Assembly: GCA_965222575.1 (NCBI GenBank)
Contig: OZ244958.1
Coordinates: forward strand, 928,001 to 992,000
Direction of reading: 5' to 3'
DNA from: Alphaproteobacteria bacterium
Lineage (GTDB): Bacteria > Pseudomonadota > Alphaproteobacteria > G965222575
Length of the DNA: 64,000 nt
A program made the translations under genes and the position numbers. Shown here in pieces: positions 1 through 6,578 of the stretch. The number at the start of each line of letters is the position of its first letter. Positions within the stretch are counted from its first letter, which is position 1. The notes beneath the pieces were generated by a model. The model did no database searches. It was not told the origin of the DNA and worked only from the letters and a program-made list of their open reading frames with translations.

Positions 1-1
1 G

Positions 2-1075
2 TCTTTACCGTTAGCCTATGATAAGATTATGTCATGGGCAGATGAAGTACGGGTACTTGGGTTGCGTGCTAATGCTGATACGCCTCAGGATACGGAGCTT
101 GCGCTATCACTTGGTGCAGAAGGGATAGGATTGTGTCGAACGGAACATATGTTTTTTGCCTCTGATAGACTAAGGTTAATAAGGATGTGTATTTTTTCCT
201 CCTCTGAAGAGGTTCGTCAAAAAGCGCTAGATGCATTACTACCGCTTCAGAAGCAGGATTTCATAGAGATTTTTTCTTGTTTAGGAGGGTTACCAGCAAC
301 GATTCGTCTTTTAGACCCTCCGTTACACGAGTTTTTGCCTCAAAAGGAGGAGGATTTTGCTCTTTTAGCGCAGGAGTTAGAGTTATCATTAGGAGATGTT
401 CAGAATCGCTACAGGATTTTGAAAGAAACCAATCCCATGCTAGGTCACCGCGGTTGTCGTTTAGGGATAAGCTATCCATCAATTTATAGGATGCAAAGCG
501 AAGCAATTTTAGGAGCGGCAGCAGTGGTACAGAAGCAAGGGATAAAAGTGAATCCTGAGGTAATGATTCCTCTCGTGATAACAGCTGAAGAGCTTAGGAT
601 TTTAAGGGATATGATTATGGAGTGTGCAAAAAGGATAGAAAAGCAGGAAGGGATAAAGCTTTGTTTTGCTATTGGGACAATGATAGAAACGCCGCGTGCG
701 GCTTTGTTAGCCGATGAGATAGCGCAATATGCGGAATTTTTCAGTTTTGGCACGAACGACTTAACACAAACGACTTTAGGGTTATCTAGGGATGATGCGC
801 ATTTTTTAGCGGACTATACGCAACAAGAGATTTTGAAAGAGGACCCGTTTAGCACACTTGATACAGCTGGGGTAGGGCAGTTGATAAAAATTGCCATGAA
901 GAAAGGGTTGGAAGCCCGTAAAGGTCTTAAGATAGGGATATGCGGAGAACATGGGGGAGACCCTAGAAGCATCAGGTTTTTTCATTGTGAGAAGATGGAT
1001 TATATTTCCTGTTCTTCCTATCGTCTTCCTATTGCGCGCTTAGCAGCGGCGCAAGCTGTTCTTAAAGACTCATAA
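2..1075 (+). CDS. ppdK: Pyruvate phosphate dikinase, C-terminal part (5' end outside window)
   Basis: Motifs RANADTP, GAEGIGLCRTEHMFF, RLLDPPLHEFLP, NPMLGHRGCR, GTMIETPRA, FSFGTNDLTQ, GICGEHGGDP. Frame is open from base 2. Confidence 0.96.
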   Translation, partial: SLPLAYDKIMSWADEVRVLGLRANADTPQDTELALSLGAEGIGLCRTEHMFFASDRLRLIRMCIFSSSEEVRQKALDALLPLQKQDFIEIFSCLGGLPATIRLLDPPLHEFLPQKEEDFALLAQELELSLGDVQNRYRILKETNPMLGHRGCRLGISYPSIYRMQSEAILGAAAVVQKQGIKVNPEVMIPLVITAEELRILRDMIMECAKRIEKQEGIKLCFAIGTMIETPRAALLADEIAQYAEFFSFGTNDLTQTTLGLSRDDAHFLADYTQQEILKEDPFSTLDTAGVGQLIKIAMKKGLEARKGLKIGICGEHGGDPRSIRFFHCEKMDYISCSSYRLPIARLAAAQAVLKDS

Positions 1076-1441
1076 TGTGAGGCTCACTAGTGAGGGCTCA
1101 CAATACCAAAAGTTGAGTCAATAATAGAAAGATTGACGGCATAGCGGCCCTCTAAGTCAGGGCTCACAATATCAATCACTCCTCCAAATTGGATACCCCC
1201 CTCTAATGGCATAGCGGCCCTCTAAATGAGGGCTCACGATACTCATTCTCACGATAAGCATTAGCCGTTCTCAGGTATAGCGGCCCTCTATTTGAGGGCT
1301 CACGATACTCATCCATGCCTATTTAACACTTCACCCTCTGGTATAGCGGCCCTCTATTTGAGGGCTCACGATACTGACATGAAAACCTTTATGACAGAAG
1401 GTCGTGGTATAGCGGCCCTCTATTTGAGGGCTCACGATACT
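1072..1441. CRISPR. CRISPR sub-array A: 6 repeats (leftmost three degenerate), 5 spacers
   Basis: 36-nt repeat GGTATAGCGGCCCTCTATTTGAGGGCTCACGATACT at 1274, 1340 and 1406. Variants at 1208 and 1138, and a half-conserved copy at 1072-1107. Unique spacers of 30, 34, 30, 30 and 30 nt. Confidence 0.95.
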
Positions 1442-1519
1442 GAGTACCGTGTAACCCTTTGATACAAGACTACTAACCTGGACTTACTGTTAGCGAAAAT
1501 CGCTACTGCCAGCAATAAT
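1442..1519. promoter_or_regulatory. Leader of sub-array A with IHF consensus site
   Basis: Diverged copy of 1902-1981. Minus strand TATCAAAGGGTTA (1452-1464) matches WATCAANNNNTTR, 10 bp from the repeat. Confidence 0.7.
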
Positions 1520-1667
1520 CTACTCATTTTTTTCCATTACGTCAAGAGACTTCATCCAAACAGTAAACACTTTTTTTACAGGTAAGCGGCGATTGAGCCT
1601 TTTCCCCTTCCAATCCTCTAAAACCTTATGCTCCTTTTTACCTTTGAACCTTCTTTGCGGGAACTTT
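1520..1667 (-). pseudogene. 3' fragment (48 codons plus stop) of a diverged allele of the 409-aa HEPN-like gene
   Basis: Translates KFPQRRFKGKKEHKVLEDWKGKRLNRRLPVKKVFTVWMKSLDVMEKNE*, versus KFPKRRFKGKKGHKVLEDWKGKRFNRRKPVKKVFAVWMKSLDVMEKNE* in the intact gene (5 aa differences). Confidence 0.92.
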
Positions 1668-1901
1668 GGTATAGCGGCCCTCTATTTGAGGGCTCACGAT
1701 ACCGATGATAATCACCCTAAAGATATCCTCAGGGGTATAGCGGCCCTCTATTTGAGGACTCACGATACCAAAGTAATCACTACATGTAAACATCCCTACG
1801 GTATAGCGGCCCTCTATTTGAGGGCTCACGATACCAAGATATTCTTGACATTGCCGAGTTATTGTGGTATAGCGGCCCTCTATTTGAGGGCTCACGATAC
1901 C
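1668..1901. CRISPR. CRISPR sub-array B: 4 repeats, 3 spacers
   Basis: Repeat GGTATAGCGGCCCTCTATTTGAGGGCTCACGATACC at 1668, 1734 (1 mismatch), 1800 and 1866. Three unique 30-nt spacers. Confidence 0.96.
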
Positions 1902-1981
1902 AAGTACCGTGTAACCCTTTGATAATAAGACTACTATACATGGACTTACTGTTAGCGAAATCGCTAACAACCAGCAATAAT
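1902..1981. promoter_or_regulatory. Leader of sub-array B with IHF site and hairpin
   Basis: IHF consensus at 1912-1924. Inverted repeat TGTTAGCGA-AA-TCGCTAACA at 1950-1969, between the array and the gene stop. Confidence 0.7.
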
Positions 1982-3211
1982 CTACTCATTTTTTTCCATT
2001 ACGTCAAGAGACTTCATCCAAACAGCAAACACTTTTTTCACAGGCTTGCGACGATTGAACCTCTTCCCCTTCCAATCCTCTAAAACCTTATGCCCCTTTT
2101 TACCTTTGAACCTTCTTTTCGGGAATTTTGTGCCTCTTGCGCTCGTTTTATATGTAAAATCCTTAATGCATTTTCTCAGAGCCTTATATAAGGCTCTCTT
2201 ATCATCAGTGCTTAATTCTGCTGCTATGCACTGAAAAACCTCTTCTTTTTTAAGATACTCTCCTTTTTTATCCTCTATTTCAAAGAAAAGCCTGCCATGA
2301 CGAAAATTCTGCTCTATCTTGCCTAGCTTATCTTTCAGATACCCTTTTCTGTTCAGAAGTGCCTTATCCTCTTTTAGAGGCTTCAGAAAAACCTTGCATT
2401 GTTCAGACATCTTACGAGCACACCATATCACATTATAAATATACCTTTGACGCACAGTTTTATCTCTTTGCGTTTCTTCTTCTGGGTTTTCAAGTGTCTT
2501 AAATTCCTCAAGCCCCTTCTCAATATACTTATCTACAGAGTCTTCCATGTTTTGTAATTCAAACTTTTTGTGTTTTCTCACAGAGCCGTGTTGTCTTAAT
2601 TTATCTTTTGGTGTTTTGCTCTTTTTGAAGTTCTTCCAATTCTCAAGGCAACACGCATACCTATCAGGAAATTTTTGTTGTACAAACTCCAAGACTTTAG
2701 CAACTGTTTTCGCTTCTAAGAAAGCAAACAGGGCTTGTTCAACGGCCTCAGAAGAGAGTGCACACCGCTCAGGTTTTTCCCTTGAATCATCAGGATGGTG
2801 TAGAATATGACGAGCCGTTATCAATGTTTTCCAGTGTTCCATAAAGGACTCTGGAGTTAGGTATTGAAAGTCTGTACTGTGCCTTAAGTTATTGAGTATT
2901 CTTGTTTTTCTCTCCTTGTTTTCTAAAGTGCATTCCATCACCTTAAGATATTGCTCACTTCCTAAAGGGTCTTGTTGAGTAGAGTAGAGGACTTCCTCAA
3001 ATGTTTCAGTGTGGATGTTTTTTTTCTTGCAGAGGTTTTTATGCCCTTTCCAGCTTCTTTGTCCCGATGCTTCTGTTTGGCGAAAAACCATCTCCTGAAG
3101 AATAAAAAGGATAGACTTCCCTGCTTCTTTTAGGAAGTTCTTATAAGATAAGCGCTCTGTCTCTTGTAGTTTTGAGACTGCATCTAAAAACGTTGTCTTA
3201 TGGTCGCTCAT
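1982..3211 (-). CDS. CRISPR-associated HEPN-like protein, candidate miniature Cas13-like effector (409 aa)
   Basis: WKTLITA-RHILHH-P (R134-H139, RxxxxH). LGKI-EQNFRH-GRLFF (300-305) is a possible degenerate second HEPN motif. Lys/Arg-rich, stop codon 80 bp from the array. Confidence 0.7.
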   Translation of the reverse strand: MSDHKTTFLDAVSKLQETERLSYKNFLKEAGKSILFILQEMVFRQTEASGQRSWKGHKNLCKKKNIHTETFEEVLYSTQQDPLGSEQYLKVMECTLENKERKTRILNNLRHSTDFQYLTPESFMEHWKTLITARHILHHPDDSREKPERCALSSEAVEQALFAFLEAKTVAKVLEFVQQKFPDRYACCLENWKNFKKSKTPKDKLRQHGSVRKHKKFELQNMEDSVDKYIEKGLEEFKTLENPEEETQRDKTVRQRYIYNVIWCARKMSEQCKVFLKPLKEDKALLNRKGYLKDKLGKIEQNFRHGRLFFEIEDKKGEYLKKEEVFQCIAAELSTDDKRALYKALRKCIKDFTYKTSARGTKFPKRRFKGKKGHKVLEDWKGKRFNRRKPVKKVFAVWMKSLDVMEKNE

Positions 3212-3264
3212 TTTGTCTTTGATTCTGTTGAGTGACGAAGTGGCAGAGCCTCTCTGCTGTTTTT

Positions 3265-4296
3265 TTATTTTACCCCTTTCTCCTTCATAGCATTTTTCAG
3301 GTATTCTATCACTTTTTCCAGCCCTTTTCTACTATAAGCAGGTGGAAAATTTGGAGAATGTATTGCCAAGCTTCTTTCTGCCATATCAAGAGGTGTTTGT
3401 CCTCTTTTATCCTTGAGATAGATATCGGCACCCTCTTTGACGAGGAGTTCAACAACATCTATACTTCCTTGATAGGCGGCGTTATGAAGCAGTGTTCTCT
3501 TATCATTTTTGGAAATGACATGGATATTAGCTCCTAGGTGCATCAGATAGCTGAGTGTTTTGATACCACTATAGGCATACCACACAGGTGTATGATTGCC
3601 GTAATGGGTTTTGGCTTCAATATTTGCTCCTGCCTTTATTAGGAGCTCTGCGATATCTTTATAATCAAAGGAACTTGCGTAGTGGAGGGGAGTCTTGCCT
3701 TCTAGGTCTTGTATATCCACAGAGGCTCCAGCCTTTATCAGAATCTCCACTAAGTCTTTCTCTCCGATCCAAGCGGCATCATGGAGTGCTGAATTGCCGG
3801 GATTACTTGATGTCACATTAACATTCGCGCCTTTTTTGATGAGATACAGCACTATATCGAGCTGAGAATTTTTAGTGACTGCATACATGAGTGGGGTTTG
3901 GTTCTTGTGATCCTTGACATTGACGGGACAGCCTGCCTCTATAAGAGTTTTGACAATTTTGAAATGACCATTCAGAGTTGCCAGATGGAGCGGTGTTTGA
4001 TGCGTACGATTTTTACCTGCTATTTTTGCGCCCATTTTCAGTAGGTAGTTCACAATCTCTAAGTGACCATTAGAGGCTGCGAGGTGAAGTGGTGTAGGGC
4101 GCAAGGGACTATCCCTCAAAAAAGGCGGTAGAGGCCTCTTGCTTTCATCTGGGGCATTAACAGAGACACCTTGTTTTATGAGGTCTTTGACTTTCTGAAG
4201 ATTTCCCTCTTTTGCTGCATTGTGTATCGGGGCACAAGTCCCTTGATTAAGAGTGCATAGCACGAGCAAGGCAGACAAAAGAAGAAGTGTTCGCAT
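3265..4296 (-). CDS. Secreted ankyrin-repeat protein
   Basis: Signal peptide MRTLLLLSALLVLCTLNQGTCA followed by multiple TPLH/GA.VN repeats. Confidence 0.93.
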   Translation of the reverse strand: MRTLLLLSALLVLCTLNQGTCAPIHNAAKEGNLQKVKDLIKQGVSVNAPDESKRPLPPFLRDSPLRPTPLHLAASNGHLEIVNYLLKMGAKIAGKNRTHQTPLHLATLNGHFKIVKTLIEAGCPVNVKDHKNQTPLMYAVTKNSQLDIVLYLIKKGANVNVTSSNPGNSALHDAAWIGEKDLVEILIKAGASVDIQDLEGKTPLHYASSFDYKDIAELLIKAGANIEAKTHYGNHTPVWYAYSGIKTLSYLMHLGANIHVISKNDKRTLLHNAAYQGSIDVVELLVKEGADIYLKDKRGQTPLDMAERSLAIHSPNFPPAYSRKGLEKVIEYLKNAMKEKGVK

Positions 4297-4400
4297 GGGC
4301 TAATGAAAAGATATCACAGGGGATTTTTTGTGTCAATTTGTGTGTTAGGCGCTTGACTTGACAGGAGAGCAGAGAGAGTTATACCCTGAGGGCATGACAA
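3949..4400. repeat. ~450-bp direct repeat, copy 1 (copy 2 at 6037-6488)
   Basis: Near-identical at offset 2088. Covers the 5' third of the ankyrin gene and its upstream region. Confidence 0.93.
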
Positions 4401-4504
4401 CTTACGCTGTAAGTCTTTCCTGCTTTCTCTTGCTGAGTTAAAACTGTAATTTTCAAAATCCTATCCACATCATGGGTGCCTATACGTGGAGGGATAACAG
4501 GAAA

Positions 4505-5032
4505 CTAATGCGCTAATTTATCTTTATCATCAGGTATTTTTATCATTGTATTGAATGTGTAAACCACCACTACAAATGTACTAAATGTATAGGTAAATAG
4601 ACTCACCCAAAGTGATATGCACATATATGAAAAAACACCAAAAGATTGAAGTTGGAAAGGGAAGATTAGCCCTAGTAATGCTGGTATCAAAGTAGCAAAT
4701 CCAAGCTTGATAACTCTTATTAAATCAGATTGAAATTTTTTCATAGCAGGTGTGCCGGAAACAGCAACAATGAATTTATTGCTTTTACTATGGGTATAGA
4801 CAAAAACAGAAAACAAAAATCCTGTCTGAATGGCACACCAATCGAAACCAGCATTGAACAATCCTTCTAGAGAGATGCGTTCAGACTCTATAAACATCAG
4901 TATTTTCTCATGTTGCCAGAGGAATACTATCCACAGCAAAACACAAAATATAAACAACCAATGCTTTTTTAGGGACTCAAAGGACACTTGGCTAGCCTTA
5001 GTTTTTGATAAATTGATACAAGTTGTATTCAT
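4505..5032 (-). CDS. Membrane protein (~4 TM)
   Basis: Four hydrophobic stretches. Lies 27 bp downstream of the 273-aa gene on the same strand. Confidence 0.75.
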   Translation of the reverse strand: MNTTCINLSKTKASQVSFESLKKHWLFIFCVLLWIVFLWQHEKILMFIESERISLEGLFNAGFDWCAIQTGFLFSVFVYTHSKSNKFIVAVSGTPAMKKFQSDLIRVIKLGFATLIPALLGLIFPFQLQSFGVFSYMCISLWVSLFTYTFSTFVVVVYTFNTMIKIPDDKDKLAH

Positions 5033-5059
5033 TCGTTTTCAAACATCTCTTAATGAGTT

Positions 5060-5881
5060 TCACTTTTCGAGATATATTTTAAAATAGTCTTTATGGTTTT
5101 CCAACCTTTCCTTGATAAGCTTTACTCTAAGTGAATAACTTTCTTTTGGATCAGAAATTGATTTAAAATCAATTTTATCTTTAAGCATTTCATTTAAAAG
5201 ATCAATTTCATTAGGGTCATCTGCTACTTTTACTTTTACAGACTCTGCTGTTCCTTCTTTTAATAGCTTTAAAAGTGTTTTCAAGCTATCCTTAAGCACC
5301 TTTTTTGTGCGTCCCACACTAAGTTCAATAGTGATATATGGGGCGTTAGAGAGTTTTTGTATCTCTTCCATGCTCTTATTGAAGGGATGAGATTGAAAAT
5401 TCTTTATTTGTGCGGTTTTAACTTTAATTCTCGTCAGTTCCCCACTCTCAATTTTTGGCCATACCTCCTTACCACGAATAGGCCGGAAGCAAAAACCATT
5501 ACTCGAATTATGTTCCTTTAGGTATTGTCCTATTTTTGATAACCCTAAAATGTGATTATTATACTGAATTGCTAAAATGCTTAGAGGTACATTAAAAACA
5601 AATGCCATACTGTACCCAATTTTATCAGCTTCAAGTTTAACAAGGTGCTCTTTTTTTACCTGTGCAGGAAGGTTATCTGTCTGTATTCGAATCATATCCC
5701 CTGAGAAGATATCACCATCTTCTTCAAGATGCTGAAGACGCATATTTACTTCATTAATAAACTTTTCTCTTGCTTCTACAGATTCCTTCTTGAGATCTTT
5801 CAAAGCACTGGAGAATTCTCTATTCCCAGTATCTGATAGGACAACCTGAAAATACCGTACAGTGATCTTTACATCGCTCAA
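5060..5881 (-). CDS. DUF6731/DUF4747-like protein
   Basis: 273-aa ORF. The ITVRYFQV start, ILAIQYN and IDLLNEMLK segments resemble that family (recognised from memory). Confidence 0.55.
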   Translation of the reverse strand: MSDVKITVRYFQVVLSDTGNREFSSALKDLKKESVEAREKFINEVNMRLQHLEEDGDIFSGDMIRIQTDNLPAQVKKEHLVKLEADKIGYSMAFVFNVPLSILAIQYNNHILGLSKIGQYLKEHNSSNGFCFRPIRGKEVWPKIESGELTRIKVKTAQIKNFQSHPFNKSMEEIQKLSNAPYITIELSVGRTKKVLKDSLKTLLKLLKEGTAESVKVKVADDPNEIDLLNEMLKDKIDFKSISDPKESYSLRVKLIKERLENHKDYFKIYLEK

Positions 5882-5964
5882 GATAGCACTCCCTTTCTTA
5901 ACAACACAAGAGCATTGTACTTAGTTTCCTTGGAACAAGCAATCATAACTTTATGACCACTAAT

Positions 5965-6384
5965 CTACAGAAATGTGGTGTAACTCTTTCCTGTCTTTTC
6001 CAAAGTCGCATCTTTGCCCGTCATCTCCTGCCAACGTTTGACAATTTTGAAATGACCATTCAGAGTTGCCAGATGGAGCGGTGTTTGATGCGTACGATTT
6101 TTACCTGCTATTTTTGCGCCCATTTTCAGTAGGTAGTTCACAATCTCTAAGTGACCATTAGAGGCTGCGAGGTGAAGTGGTGTAGGGCGCAAGGGACTAT
6201 CCCTCAAAAAAGGCGGTAGAGGCCTCTTGCTTTCATCTGGGGCATTAACAGAGACACCTTGTTTTATGAGGTCTTTGACTTTCTGAAGATTTCCCTCTTT
6301 TGCTGCATTGTGTATCGGGGCACAAGTCCCTTGATTAAGAGTGCATAGCACGAGCAAGGCAGACAAAAGAAGAAGTGTTCGCAT
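5965..6384 (-). pseudogene. Truncated ankyrin duplicate fused to a phage DNA-methylase C-terminus
   Basis: Identical to 3265-4296 up to FKIVK, then RWQEMTGKDATLEKTGKSY, which resembles the IVKRWQ.FTGK.A.LE.TG tail of prophage N4/N6 methylases. Confidence 0.75.
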
Positions 6385-6488
6385 GGGCTAATGAAAAGAT
6401 ATCACAGGGGATTTTTTGTGTCAATTTGTGTGTTCGGCGCTTGACTTGACAGGAGAGCAGAGAGAGTCATACTCTAACAGGATGACAA
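6037..6488. repeat. ~450-bp direct repeat, copy 2
   Basis: Matches 3949-4400. Confidence 0.93.
6446..6473 (+). promoter_or_regulatory. Putative sigma70 promoter for the helicase gene
   Basis: TTGACA-16 nt-CATACT; the other repeat copy has TTGACA-16 nt-TATACC. Confidence 0.45.
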
Positions 6489-6578
6489 TGCGCTTTATTA
6501 TAGCAGTCTGTTCACGAAAGACAAAAAGGACGAGTACGGTAAGATTACAATAGTGGAAACCAAAAGAAGTGATATCTC

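Noticed and set aside
1083-1094. CTCACTAGTGAG shared with 62181-62192 as an element boundary
   Set aside because: A single 12-bp match is expected by chance in 64 kb, and the flanks do not match.
1593-2083. ORFs 1593-1922, 1638-1970, 1780-1989 and 1862-2083
   Set aside because: They run through CRISPR repeats; the 66-bp period keeps frames open and yields translated repeat sequence.
1982-3211. 409-aa protein as TnpB/Cas12f or another RuvC effector
   Set aside because: No RuvC D-E-D motifs or Zn finger seen; the RxxxxH motif and repeat structure fit HEPN better.
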